Below, in pieces: positions 28,733 to 38,835 of a stretch of DNA of 64,000 bases (positions are counted from its first letter, which is position 1; the number at the start of each line of letters is the position of its first letter). Source of the stretch: Minisyncoccota bacterium (GTDB taxonomy: Bacteria; Patescibacteriota; Minisyncoccia; Phycocordibacterales; UBA9973). Below the pieces are notes generated by a model. It had not been told where the DNA came from. It searched no databases and saw only the letters and a list, made by a program, of their open reading frames with translations. The stretch covers positions 2,064-66,063 of the forward strand of contig JBDSNU010000018.1 in assembly GCA_039915165.1 (NCBI GenBank). The letters are read 5' to 3'. A program made the translations under genes and the position numbers.

Positions 28733-29368
28733 TTATATATTGTCTATTGATTCATGATACGGGTCAATAGTATGAGTTGGCGCAGTAGCCTCTACAGGTT
28801 TTTGCATAGATACAGGAACTTGCGCAGTATCAGCAGGAGCTGTTACCCCCGGTTCAGTAATAGGAAGATTGTCAGGCACAGTGCCTTTTTGCAGAGTGTA
28901 ATTGCGAGTAGTAGGGCTAGACATTGAGGATTGCTTTAATCTTTCAGCGAGTGAGGTCAGGCTCGATGACGAGGCAAGAGAAGTAGAAAGGGTTTTGGGG
29001 ATGGGGACATCTTCTGTTTTTTGGGATAGATTATGATCAAGATCTTTATAAACATCAATTAATAAAAGGATTTCAGCAATAACTTTTTTATCAATAACCT
29101 CCTTTATTTTTTGCTTATTAACTTCAGGTGTTATCAGTGTAGAGATATAAGAAATCAGTTCATCTTTTGTTCTTGTTCCAAATAAAAATAATAACACTTC
29201 ATTTGGTAAATCAATTTTTTCTGCCTCACTCGCTACTAACATAGAAAGTTCGTTTTTTACCGCCTCAAATTCATCTCCAAAGATAAACTCTTTAACTTCT
29301 TCAGGGATATCTTGAACGTACCCTTCAATATCATTTATTGTATCTTCATCCATATTATTTCGACTCAT
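28733..29368 (-). CDS. Acidic/Ser-rich hypothetical protein (211 aa) in the T4SS-like cluster
   Basis: Clean ORF tightly packed between the VirB3-like and VirB6-like genes. Confidence 0.4.
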   Translation of the reverse strand: MSRNNMDEDTINDIEGYVQDIPEEVKEFIFGDEFEAVKNELSMLVASEAEKIDLPNEVLLFLFGTRTKDELISYISTLITPEVNKQKIKEVIDKKVIAEILLLIDVYKDLDHNLSQKTEDVPIPKTLSTSLASSSSLTSLAERLKQSSMSSPTTRNYTLQKGTVPDNLPITEPGVTAPADTAQVPVSMQKPVEATAPTHTIDPYHESIDNI

Positions 29369-32300
29369 CTTTTAGTTTATTTCGTTGATCTTCCATGTGC
29401 TTATTGATATTTTGCCATGTTTTAAGGTGTGTTTCTGCCTTCTCCTTCTCTTTTAGTTTATCTAAAAAGGCTTGTTTAACATTTACATCATCAGGTGCAT
29501 TTACCCATGCTCTCTTTGCGGCATTTAAATCATTATTAATATCTTTAATATTGTACTTGCTCTGCTCTCTAACTTTAACGAGTTCCTGGTATTGTCTTAG
29601 GTCTTCTTTACGGTCCGCTTCTGCATCTTTGTCTGTTAATGGGGTATTTAGTTTTGTGCGGTGAGCATCAACACTTGTCTTTTCTGCTGCGTCGAGGATA
29701 TCGTACATAGTTTTTCCTTTCTTTGTGCCAGATTGAATACTCCCGTCTCGAATAATATCTTGTTGTTCAGCAAGCGTTAATTGTGTCTTAAAGCTAGGAC
29801 TAGTTTGATACATCTCCAAGCCAATCATATCCTGAAAACCTTTTGTAAGTGTATTTTCAATTTTTTCTAAGTCTGCTGTAATTTTTGATTTCTCTTTAAT
29901 CTTCTTCGCGGCTTTGGCATCACCTGCCGCACGAACCTCAGATCCCATGAGTGCCCCCACTGTTGCACCAAGGAGGTCGGCAATTTGTGCACCGCCTTCG
30001 CCTGTACTTGCTAATGCTGCTAATCCTTGAGTCACATAACCCCCCTTCTGAAGGTTTTTAGCAAAGTCTTCTCTGCGAGCAGAAGTAATTTCAGATGCTT
30101 TTTTCAAAGGCTCTGGTGCAGGCGGTATTGCAGCAATAGCTGTAACCACAGGGGCAGTTGCTGCTACTCGAGTCTTTTCTGTTTCGTAAGCGGTCGGGTT
30201 ATTTTTTTTCCAATCCTTTACATCTTTCATAGAAAGATTATTTGTTTTAGCGATTTCCTTATCGACAATACGATCAACTGTACGCTTTCTATCAGCACTC
30301 TTTCGTTCGTTATATGCCTTGATTTGGTCGTCTGACATTTTTTCTTCCAGCAATGTGTTCTTCTCTTCTTGAGAGGCTTGTCTACGTTTAATATCTGCTT
30401 CTATTCCACCTTTACGTTGATCTGTTCCTAATCCAAGACCTATTCCTGCAAGAGCGTTGAGAGGTTTTTGGTCAGCATTGATACCAAGTCGTGAGAAAAA
30501 TTGTTTACCTACGCCTGTTTGACGAACATCATAGGAACCATTACGTCCTGCATTAAGTCCACGTTGCAATGTTCGTCCGGTAAATCCAGCCAACCCACTT
30601 TTTGCTGCCATGTTACGAATGCCTATACCAACACGTGACTCATCAGTACGCTTAGCAAGTCCTCCTACAACTCGACCCCCGAGTAAGGCTGCACCACCTG
30701 TTGCTAGCCCTGCTGCAAGGCCGATTCCAGACGTTGCTAAGCTTTGTACACTCTTCCCTATTTCACCAGCAAAACTCTCGGCTGCTTTTTGTGCTGCACC
30801 GATCAAGAAGAAAATAATAACCATCGGGATGATGACACCAAGTGCTAGCGCAAAGAAGTTACCTGACGGATCTTCGTAACCAATTTGCTTGGCGAAATCA
30901 CTCGAAAGAAATGTAAATATAATGTATAAGAAAAAGATGAATACCGGGGCCATCATGGCATAGCTTGTCACTTCTTTGAGCCAATCACTCCAACGCAAAC
31001 GAGCAATACCTCCGAGTAATGGTATGTCTCGACTCAAAAATGCAAATGGAGAGAAGATCATACATATATAGAGTCCAACAACACGACCAACGAAAAGGAA
31101 TGTCACCTTGAAGAACATGACGGTAACACCTGCCATGATCAGTGCGGCAACTATACAAATAATACCGAAATAGTTGGCCTGGTCTCGCTCAGAATTACTC
31201 GCTACCGCACCTGTTTTTGTTGCGTCTACTTTTAATGCATTGCCTTCACTGGATGAGTCTGAAGTACTTTGCAATACGCTGGCTTGAAACAATTGTTGAG
31301 GGTTGAAGGCGGAAACTATTTTTTCTGATAGTGGCCAGTACCCTCCTGTTCCTTGTTTTGCATGCGCCGCATCACATTTCCCATCAACAATATTTACTGT
31401 ATCACAAACAATCATCTGACTATAAAACATACGGGCAGTAATATTTGAGATATCGATAATCACATGCGTAGCAAAAAGACTGAAGTTAATCAGTAAAGCA
31501 TTCACGATCAGGTTCGGGATCACTTTCTTCATCACTCCTGATTTGCTTGGGTCAAATACCGCAGAAAATCCAGTAAATACCATAATGATGATGAAAAATA
31601 CATTGGCGATATCGCGCACCAGTTTCCATCCAGTAATAGCAAATGCATAACGATATGATTGATCGCTTAAGGAGTATCCCAAGAAAAAGTCGAAAAGTTT
31701 ACCAAACAATCCTGCAACTGTGGCGACAAGCCAATACAGGCCGTAGGCAATTTGAGCCATACAGCCGTTAATAGTCCCTTTAGATACTGGATCAATACTA
31801 CATCGAGGAAGGTTGTCTGCAACTTCACGCCCGCCCGCAGTAGCTGTTTGGTTATTAGTTTGTGCTTGCACGGCAGCATCGTCTGCAGGAATAGAGATAG
31901 TAGAAGATTGTCCGATTTTGAAGTAGGTGCCGCCTTTACAGAGGGTCCCAAATGTACCAATAGTATCTCCCATACCATCCCCTTGATATAAAGCCGACCC
32001 ATTACCTTCAGCAGCATCGTCGGTTTTATTGCCACAATACCACATTGTAATTTCTACCGTACTTGGTTTAGAAAAAGTAACAGTATCAATATGACTAACT
32101 GTTCCTTCATTTTTTGTCCCAGTTATATTTCTGATAAAAGTATACTTGGCACCGCTTCTTGTACTTTTATCTAATATTGAAAAGTTAGCTAAGGTTGTTG
32201 GGTTTTTATACTCCCCTGTTCCACCTTTACTCTTTTGGTAAAGAGCACCTTGGTTATCAGTGAACTTACCAGAACCTTCAACAAGATAAGGCACAGTATT

Positions 32301-32714
32301 AAGCCAGCACTGCCCGGCACTATTTTTATCACAAACTCTGATTACAAAGGATTCAGGGTCATATATGTTTTCCCAAAAACCAGTTGTATCTTGTACATGA
32401 GCCCACTTTTTCTCAATCTCATCCTTATTCGAAGTTAAAAACCCTAAACTTATGTCTACCTTAAGCCCGACTACACTTTTATTTGAATTGTCTTGAATTA
32501 AAGACCCTGCTTGTGCAGGCGATACGCCGCTTCCAACCCCATCAAAGACAGTAAAATAGTTACCGTATTTGTTCAGTGTATTATCGTCGGGTGGAGCAGC
32601 AAAAGTTTTATGCGGGAAAATAGCTACCGCACATAAAATAGCGATAGTTAAAAAGAATGTTTTACTCAAACGAGAAAAGGGATTTTTTATACGACGAAGG
32701 AGACGTGCGGACAC
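29355..32714 (-). CDS. VirB6/TrbL-like polytopic membrane protein (1119 aa): signal peptide, ~270-aa ectodomain, multi-TM core, ~400-aa Lys/Glu-rich coiled-coil cytoplasmic tail
   Basis: At least 8 hydrophobic helices between aa ~320 and 640. C-terminal third is charged and low in hydrophobics, with heptad-like periodicity. Confidence 0.55.
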   Translation of the reverse strand: MSARLLRRIKNPFSRLSKTFFLTIAILCAVAIFPHKTFAAPPDDNTLNKYGNYFTVFDGVGSGVSPAQAGSLIQDNSNKSVVGLKVDISLGFLTSNKDEIEKKWAHVQDTTGFWENIYDPESFVIRVCDKNSAGQCWLNTVPYLVEGSGKFTDNQGALYQKSKGGTGEYKNPTTLANFSILDKSTRSGAKYTFIRNITGTKNEGTVSHIDTVTFSKPSTVEITMWYCGNKTDDAAEGNGSALYQGDGMGDTIGTFGTLCKGGTYFKIGQSSTISIPADDAAVQAQTNNQTATAGGREVADNLPRCSIDPVSKGTINGCMAQIAYGLYWLVATVAGLFGKLFDFFLGYSLSDQSYRYAFAITGWKLVRDIANVFFIIIMVFTGFSAVFDPSKSGVMKKVIPNLIVNALLINFSLFATHVIIDISNITARMFYSQMIVCDTVNIVDGKCDAAHAKQGTGGYWPLSEKIVSAFNPQQLFQASVLQSTSDSSSEGNALKVDATKTGAVASNSERDQANYFGIICIVAALIMAGVTVMFFKVTFLFVGRVVGLYICMIFSPFAFLSRDIPLLGGIARLRWSDWLKEVTSYAMMAPVFIFFLYIIFTFLSSDFAKQIGYEDPSGNFFALALGVIIPMVIIFFLIGAAQKAAESFAGEIGKSVQSLATSGIGLAAGLATGGAALLGGRVVGGLAKRTDESRVGIGIRNMAAKSGLAGFTGRTLQRGLNAGRNGSYDVRQTGVGKQFFSRLGINADQKPLNALAGIGLGLGTDQRKGGIEADIKRRQASQEEKNTLLEEKMSDDQIKAYNERKSADRKRTVDRIVDKEIAKTNNLSMKDVKDWKKNNPTAYETEKTRVAATAPVVTAIAAIPPAPEPLKKASEITSARREDFAKNLQKGGYVTQGLAALASTGEGGAQIADLLGATVGALMGSEVRAAGDAKAAKKIKEKSKITADLEKIENTLTKGFQDMIGLEMYQTSPSFKTQLTLAEQQDIIRDGSIQSGTKKGKTMYDILDAAEKTSVDAHRTKLNTPLTDKDAEADRKEDLRQYQELVKVREQSKYNIKDINNDLNAAKRAWVNAPDDVNVKQAFLDKLKEKEKAETHLKTWQNINKHMEDQRNKLKDESK

Positions 32715-32744
32715 TCGTATAGTGTATCACGTAAGCGTTATTAT

Positions 32745-33854
32745 TTACCACAAGTTAATGCGCAAAAACTTTTCTGTAACTGGTGCAATAATATCTAAGT
32801 CACCTAATGATGATCCTGTAGTCGGTACGGATTGTGGAGAAGAAAATGTAACCAATCCATATGGTCCACGGATAAGAGAAACACCAGGCAAGAGCTGGTC
32901 AATGCCATGTGCCGGTAATGGAACTTCTGGATTATCATCGTTGTTATCATGCACGGCAGTTGTATGAGCAAGTCCGTATCCAGAGAATGTTAGGAACGAA
33001 AGACTGTCCTGTGCAGGATCAGAAGTAGGGATAGTAACCCCTGTTTTATTCTTAACATAGGCTGCAATTTCAGGGTTATTGTAATATGATCGCCAAAATG
33101 GTGTAGCAATGTGAAGTTTCAAGCGAGGGTCGTTTGCGCCGTTGCTATTAATAGCTGGAAGTTTCGATTCACAGTATGCATAGAGTTCCAATATAGAATC
33201 AGCCTTATTTTTAAAGGCATCATGGTTGGCTAGTTCAGTTTCTACATCAGTATCATTGTGAAGTGTTTGTGCTAGTGTATAAAATCTACTTTGCAAAATA
33301 TTTAATTGAGCAAGCTGGTCTGCAGTAAAAGGAATGGTAATGTCATCATCACTACATACTGAAGCACTGCCGGCATTTGAGTTGCCGGGCGAGTTTGCAT
33401 CTCCTCCTGAATTGTTATTACTACCATTTGCACCAGTACCTGTTGAGCCATTTGCCCCACTGCCATTGCCTGTAATAGGGTTATTTGCTCCAAAACTACC
33501 AGCAAGACTTGTTGTACCATTAGTAAAGTTACTGATATTAACATTTCCTGTACCGCCGATACCAATCCCTCCTAGTCCACTTGTATCAATAGTACCGTCA
33601 CCTCCAAAACCATTTGCCCCTGTTGTTGACCCATTGTTATTTTTTGGAGTGCCATCAGCATTGAATTGAGAAGTGCCTTCACCAGGTAGTATCGCCGCCG
33701 CATCCTTCTTTGTACTCAGTCCAAGAAATTGTCTGAAGGTTAATGGCGCAGCGCCATTTTTAATAGCTTTATTCCGTCCAATAAGCCAGATAATACCTAA
33801 GATAAGGAAAAATACAGCGATAAGAGTAAGGATAATTTTTAGGATGCGATTCAT
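32745..33854 (-). CDS. N-terminally anchored Gly/Asn-rich protein (369 aa)
   Basis: TM MNRILKIILTLIAVFFLILGIIWLI, followed by G/N/S-rich low-complexity region. Confidence 0.4.
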   Translation of the reverse strand: MNRILKIILTLIAVFFLILGIIWLIGRNKAIKNGAAPLTFRQFLGLSTKKDAAAILPGEGTSQFNADGTPKNNNGSTTGANGFGGDGTIDTSGLGGIGIGGTGNVNISNFTNGTTSLAGSFGANNPITGNGSGANGSTGTGANGSNNNSGGDANSPGNSNAGSASVCSDDDITIPFTADQLAQLNILQSRFYTLAQTLHNDTDVETELANHDAFKNKADSILELYAYCESKLPAINSNGANDPRLKLHIATPFWRSYYNNPEIAAYVKNKTGVTIPTSDPAQDSLSFLTFSGYGLAHTTAVHDNNDDNPEVPLPAHGIDQLLPGVSLIRGPYGLVTFSSPQSVPTTGSSLGDLDIIAPVTEKFLRINLW

Positions 33855-33864
33855 ATGATAAATA

Positions 33865-36105
33865 TTATATAGCTATGTTTTTATAGAAGAAATTACTCGA
33901 CTCAGTTGCATGGGCTTCGATAGGGTCTTGCACATCAAGTTGTTCTTGTGGTGCGACGGGCACTATAGGACTATTGTCTATCACATAGGCATTGTTAATA
34001 CATTGTAAGTCAACAGGGTTTCCCTGTGCCGCACGGCTTTTAATATAAGCTGCCTTGGCAGTGCCAACAATATCATTAATTTGCTTCTGAATTACCAACA
34101 TTTGACGAATATTGTTTTCTGTTTGTCCGATATTTGTATCGTACTGTGCATCAATAGCAGAAGCAGCCTTGTTGTATCCCAAAATGCTATAGAGATTGAT
34201 CTTTGTATCAGCCAAGAATCCATCCGCATAGCTCTTGTCGGCATCGTTTTGTCCTGCGATAAGAAATGCATGTTCAACAGGCGTTGCACTATATGGAGTT
34301 GGAGAAACAGCGTCTGTAAAAGGTTGTAGTGTATTCCAATATGAATATTGTTCTGTAACAAGGTTAAAGGCGTTGTGATATCCTGCAGAAATTTTTGCAG
34401 CATTATCGTCGTCGGCATGAGCCCATGTCGTATAAAATACTCGAGGTACCTGAATAGCGGCACCGCTTACTGGATCATTCAAATACCCAGGAGTAGTCCA
34501 TATTGGAGGAGCTTCCCCAGCGTGATCACCAATCCCTAATATTGTGCCAAGAAATGACCCAATAATTGGCAGGCTTTCAACTATTTTGTGCGAAGTAGAT
34601 GTTTTTGTTGGATCATCCTGTACGAGTGGTCCAAACATTGCTTCTAGGTTGGCTGCTGCACCCGCTGACCATGTAGGTGTAGGTCCAGGAATACAATAGT
34701 CCAATGCCCCTAGGTTAGGAATAATACGGTTAATTGCAGTCTGTGCGTCTTTGGTGCGAACAAGAAAGTCATATTGTGTTTGTAGTATAAGGCGGAATTG
34801 TTGCGGTCGTGAAATATCAAAGTTCTGATCAATGCCGTTTCCTCCCTTTGATGCCTGGTATCCAAGCGAAGCGGTGTCGCTGACTGTTGAGTTGAGAGCG
34901 TTGCCGTTACTGTCTAATACAACATTGTCTCCAGAAGAACTAAATCCAAAATCAACAGTGCTTCCCTGACTGCCACTACCACGCAACCCTTTTGATAGAA
35001 GACTATTTACAAAACTATCAAAAAATCCGCCAAGCACCTCGTTGATTTTGTCTGCATACTCTAGTTGTCGAATCGGCGAAGTTGTAATAGCCTGCACTTG
35101 AGCCGCAATGATCGATCCAGGCGTATCAGTTTGCCATTGTATACAAGTTGGATTGGTCGAAAGACCTCCAGAAATTGCTGTACTAGAAGAAGTAAAACTA
35201 TTATCCGCATATTGCACACAGTGTTTCATATCAAGAAATCCATTGTTGCGCTGGATTTCATCTTTTGAAGACTGTTGTTCAGACGCGACTTTTCGGGCGA
35301 GGTTATCAGTAGCAGTAAAGAGTGCACCAATAGAGTTATATTGAGGATTAAGAAAAGAGTCCCACCCCCCATTTGTGAAATTACCTAAAAATGAAGTGTA
35401 GGCTTTTGCTTGGGGGGTATCTGGATATACATTGAGTAATCCATCAGAGCGACCGGTAATGCCCTGACGAATACCTGACTCGAGAGCATTACCAAAAATA
35501 GAGTCAGACTGTGGCAGGTCTGCTAAGTATGACTTTATTTGATTGTTGGCAATTGTTTTTAGGAAAGAGTTACTGTTTTGAACATATAGAGGGTTACCGT
35601 TGAGGCCTGTATTTACCCAGTTCAATGTTTTATTAGTTACTTGTGCCAATGTGTTTTTTGCAACAGCGTATGCGATACCGTTCAAACAGTTTGTTGTTCG
35701 ATTGGCGGAATCAATTTTTGCCTGAGTCTTTTCGTCAGTAGTAGACACTGGATCGCTATCACCCCCATTATTAAAGGCAGATTTAATACTTTTGGCAAAA
35801 CTAGTATTTGAAAGGAAGTCGCTGGCAGTATTTGCTAAAAAACCACCAACATTGGTACAGCTAGCGATCGCGCCACCCACGCCGCTGATAGATATCCCTT
35901 GATATGAATTTCCAGAATTAATTTTGACATTAGGATTAAATTTCTGCAGTGTTGGAGATGCTGCCTTGTTCAAACACTGTGTACGAGCTGTTCCAGTAAG
36001 AGTAGTGCAGTCAGTAGTAACCGCAGCTGCTACTGATTGCGGTAGTGAAAAAGCAATAATACCGATGACTGCGATGCCTATAATACTTTTTTTACTGAAT
36101 GACAT
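33865..36105 (-). CDS. Large secreted protein (746 aa), unknown function
   Basis: Signal peptide MSFSKKSIIGIAVIGIIAFSLPQSVAAA. Confidence 0.45.
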   Translation of the reverse strand: MSFSKKSIIGIAVIGIIAFSLPQSVAAAVTTDCTTLTGTARTQCLNKAASPTLQKFNPNVKINSGNSYQGISISGVGGAIASCTNVGGFLANTASDFLSNTSFAKSIKSAFNNGGDSDPVSTTDEKTQAKIDSANRTTNCLNGIAYAVAKNTLAQVTNKTLNWVNTGLNGNPLYVQNSNSFLKTIANNQIKSYLADLPQSDSIFGNALESGIRQGITGRSDGLLNVYPDTPQAKAYTSFLGNFTNGGWDSFLNPQYNSIGALFTATDNLARKVASEQQSSKDEIQRNNGFLDMKHCVQYADNSFTSSSTAISGGLSTNPTCIQWQTDTPGSIIAAQVQAITTSPIRQLEYADKINEVLGGFFDSFVNSLLSKGLRGSGSQGSTVDFGFSSSGDNVVLDSNGNALNSTVSDTASLGYQASKGGNGIDQNFDISRPQQFRLILQTQYDFLVRTKDAQTAINRIIPNLGALDYCIPGPTPTWSAGAAANLEAMFGPLVQDDPTKTSTSHKIVESLPIIGSFLGTILGIGDHAGEAPPIWTTPGYLNDPVSGAAIQVPRVFYTTWAHADDDNAAKISAGYHNAFNLVTEQYSYWNTLQPFTDAVSPTPYSATPVEHAFLIAGQNDADKSYADGFLADTKINLYSILGYNKAASAIDAQYDTNIGQTENNIRQMLVIQKQINDIVGTAKAAYIKSRAAQGNPVDLQCINNAYVIDNSPIVPVAPQEQLDVQDPIEAHATESSNFFYKNIAI

Positions 36106-36109
36106 ATTG

Positions 36110-37012
36110 TTATGAAGTAAGTATACCGTATTTTGTTAAATAAATATCTAGATCGTACAATGCATTTTGTCCACGAGTGAAATACACTTTATATAAAGCC
36201 ACTCCAACTAGCGCTTGTGTCCCGTTATCTTCCATTTGCTGCAGGTAGCCAAACGATGTTGCGACACCAGTGAAACTATTAATCATATCGAGGTGATATT
36301 GCGCTACCCCAACTGGAACTTTAATAGCCACAAGTTCTTTTGCCATTGCAGTATAGGCATCGCCAATCGGTGTTAGTTGCGGTAATTGGCTATAGTCACC
36401 TGTTTCAGCTGCTTGCACAATAATAGTGATATCACCTTGTTCCAGGTTGTATTTATTGATTATTTTTGCCACAGCAGTACGGTAAGTCTTTAAAGAAGCC
36501 GTAGAGGTTGGCACAGTGTGAATGTTTTTGAGCGAATATTTATTACTAATTGAGTCAACGTTTACTGATGAGCCAAGTTGGTCAGCTACACTTTGTAGTG
36601 CAGTGTCATCAATAGCATCATTTTGACTCAATGCAGTGGTAATACTAAAGAGTTTTTGTGCAATGGCATCTGTTTCATTTTGTGGTGCACCGGTACTTGT
36701 ATCTGTAATCCCTAATGCCAACTTCTTTTCTTTGATGATTTGTTCATTTGTTTTGCCATTTGTATATAAAACCGTCGGATCAAGTCCCCACAGCTTTTCT
36801 TCCCAGTCAGGTATGCCATTTCCGTTAGAGTCTTTTGATGTCAAATCACTAATACTCAGGTTACCGATATCAGCTTTTGTCGCCTTTTTTGTTTTATGAA
36901 AAATATTATAAAACCAGTTTGTTTGCACAACCAAAATAATCGCTATTACTCCAATAGCGATCCCTCCACGGATTAAAAATTGTTTACTAGGACCAGATGT
37001 TGTTGGGGGCAT
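36110..37012 (-). CDS. Bitopic membrane protein (300 aa): N-terminal TM plus extracytoplasmic domain; candidate VirB8-like component
   Basis: TM GIAIGVIAIILVVQT. Position within the cluster. Calcium-binding-like loop DSNGNGIPDWEE. Confidence 0.35.
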   Translation of the reverse strand: MPPTTSGPSKQFLIRGGIAIGVIAIILVVQTNWFYNIFHKTKKATKADIGNLSISDLTSKDSNGNGIPDWEEKLWGLDPTVLYTNGKTNEQIIKEKKLALGITDTSTGAPQNETDAIAQKLFSITTALSQNDAIDDTALQSVADQLGSSVNVDSISNKYSLKNIHTVPTSTASLKTYRTAVAKIINKYNLEQGDITIIVQAAETGDYSQLPQLTPIGDAYTAMAKELVAIKVPVGVAQYHLDMINSFTGVATSFGYLQQMEDNGTQALVGVALYKVYFTRGQNALYDLDIYLTKYGILTS

Positions 37013-37023
37013 AGATTATATGA

Positions 37024-37392
37024 CTAAAAGCCGAAATATGAAGTGGTACCGGAAATGTTGTAATTACTTGTTTTGCGTACAGGAAAAGGAAGTTGTACGC
37101 CGAATGCTGTAATTTGACACGTACTAAAATCGGGAATGATACTTGTCGTGCCCAAAATCCAATCTCCTACTCGCGGAGTTTTTGAAAGGCTATTTGCATA
37201 CAGAGGAATACCGCTAATATTTGAAATGACCACAGGTCCAGTGCCTGCGCCTGTACAAGTAACAAGGGGGACAGTGGTTAATTTAACTTTGCCACCAAAA
37301 GATTTAGTAAGCGGGTTGGATGCATATGTTGCCAAAGGGATAATTATAAGTACTGCAATTATTGCAAGACTGATGATCATATGTTTTTTCAT
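37024..37392 (-). CDS. Small secreted protein (122 aa), first gene of the cluster; possible pilin-like/surface subunit
   Basis: Signal peptide MKKHMIISLAIIAVLIIIPLATYA. Confidence 0.4.
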   Translation of the reverse strand: MKKHMIISLAIIAVLIIIPLATYASNPLTKSFGGKVKLTTVPLVTCTGAGTGPVVISNISGIPLYANSLSKTPRVGDWILGTTSIIPDFSTCQITAFGVQLPFPVRKTSNYNISGTTSYFGF

Positions 37393-37430
37393 TTTTTTAT
37401 TATAGCCTGTTCTAGTTTTTCAACCTAGTG

Positions 37431-38225
37431 CTATTGCAGGGCCTGCGTGAGTTTTTTCCATGTTGCAAGCGAAATGTCTTCTGGGCGTGTCTTACTATCT
37501 ATGCCGCTTTTTTCTAGTGCTGCTGCTGTTTTTTCTTTATCTCCTAATAGTTCAGCCAGGCTACCTCCGATCTGTTTACGCTTTTTGCCAAATACGCCTT
37601 TTAATACCTTGAAAAACAATGCTTCATCAGCGTCAACGAAGAAGTCACGGGTAATCCCCTCTATTAATAGTATTGCTGAATCAACAGTTGGTGGAGGTAC
37701 AAAAGATCCTGGCGGTACCTTTGCGATAATTTTTGGTACCCCATAGGCCTTCACAGCTATAGAAAGAATACTTTCCTTACTGTCACGAGCAATAATCCGC
37801 TCCGCGACCTCTTTTTGAATAAGAATTACAATACATTCTGGTTGAAACGGTGTGCTCAAGAATTTTTCAATGATTGCTCCAGTTATATAGTATGGAATGT
37901 TAGCGATCAATTTATAGTGTGGGGATGCGAACTGACTCGAGAGTAATGAGGGGTCGAACTTAAGAATATCTGCTTCGATAAGTTCAAAACTATTATCAGC
38001 AATGTATTGCGAATACTTCTCTTCAAGTAATGGGATCAGGTCACGATCTTTTTCGATAGCGACAACCTTTTTTGCTTTTCCTACCAGTAAGTCAGTTAAT
38101 GCTCCTGTGCCCGGCCCAATTTCAAGAACACTATCTTCTGAGCCAACCTGTCCAGCTTCTAAAATTTTTCTGAGGGCACTTTCTGATTTTAAGAAATGTT
38201 GCCCGAGATGTTTTTTTGCTTGCAT
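37431..38225 (-). CDS. rsmA: 16S rRNA (adenine1518/1519-N6)-dimethyltransferase
   Basis: LGQHFL motif, SAM-binding LEIGPGTGALT, NIPY motif. Confidence 0.9.
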   Translation of the reverse strand: MQAKKHLGQHFLKSESALRKILEAGQVGSEDSVLEIGPGTGALTDLLVGKAKKVVAIEKDRDLIPLLEEKYSQYIADNSFELIEADILKFDPSLLSSQFASPHYKLIANIPYYITGAIIEKFLSTPFQPECIVILIQKEVAERIIARDSKESILSIAVKAYGVPKIIAKVPPGSFVPPPTVDSAILLIEGITRDFFVDADEALFFKVLKGVFGKKRKQIGGSLAELLGDKEKTAAALEKSGIDSKTRPEDISLATWKKLTQALQ

Positions 38226-38557
38226 TATAATAACTGCTTAAGAATTGTTAGTGTGGTTGATAGGGCTTCAGCTGGACATTTTTCAACAAAAGTCGCATTG
38301 CGCTTCCCCCAGTCCAATGAGCGAATATGGTTCGGTAAAATATATCCAGAAATAGTCTTTGCCTCGAAGTGGACTTCTAATGGGAACGACTTAGATTTGC
38401 TTGTAATTGGACAGCATAGAATCACAGTAGACCGCTTGTTATAACTATTAATTGAAACAACGAGTGCTGGGCGTTTTCCCGACTGCTCATGACCTTTTGT
38501 GGGATCAAAAGAAACCCAAACAATATCTCCTTGTTGCGGGGTTCGCTGAGCTACCAT
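38225..38557 (-). CDS. mazF: MazF/PemK-family toxin endoribonuclease
   Basis: GDIVWVSFDPTKGHEQSGKRPALVVS signature. Start ATG overlaps the antitoxin stop (ATGGTAG). Confidence 0.75.
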   Translation of the reverse strand: MVAQRTPQQGDIVWVSFDPTKGHEQSGKRPALVVSINSYNKRSTVILCCPITSKSKSFPLEVHFEAKTISGYILPNHIRSLDWGKRNATFVEKCPAEALSTTLTILKQLL

Positions 38558-38808
38558 ACTTCTTCTCCTAGTGTGTCTCCCCACTCGATCTCGTCATGGC
38601 TATTTTTTGGAGTAATTTTTTTGAGTAACTTTTCAATATCAATTTTTTTCTGAGGAGCAAGTTCTATGATCATTTTTTGGTGCTGTGTGCTAATCAGCAG
38701 AACCTTTCCTTCCTGTGCTCCAATTGCTTCTGCTACGTCTTTCGGAATTCGGATGCCCAGGCTATTACCCCATTTTTGTACTGTTGTTGTCATGCGGTAA
38801 GTATACAC
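38551..38808 (-). CDS. mazE: MazE/AbrB-type antitoxin (SpoVT/AbrB swapped-hairpin domain)
   Basis: VQKWGNSLGIRIPKDV motif. Confidence 0.65.
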   Translation of the reverse strand: MYTYRMTTTVQKWGNSLGIRIPKDVAEAIGAQEGKVLLISTQHQKMIIELAPQKKIDIEKLLKKITPKNSHDEIEWGDTLGEEVW

Positions 38809-38835
38809 AATGTATATACTTACCGCAATCTATTA

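Noticed and set aside
33302-33858. Several 60-110-aa ORFs antisense inside the large secreted-protein genes (for example 33334..33669, 33302..33565)
   Set aside because: Embedded in longer, domain-supported ORFs. Their composition is repeat-driven (Pro/Leu-rich mirrors of Gly/Asn-rich sense codons).
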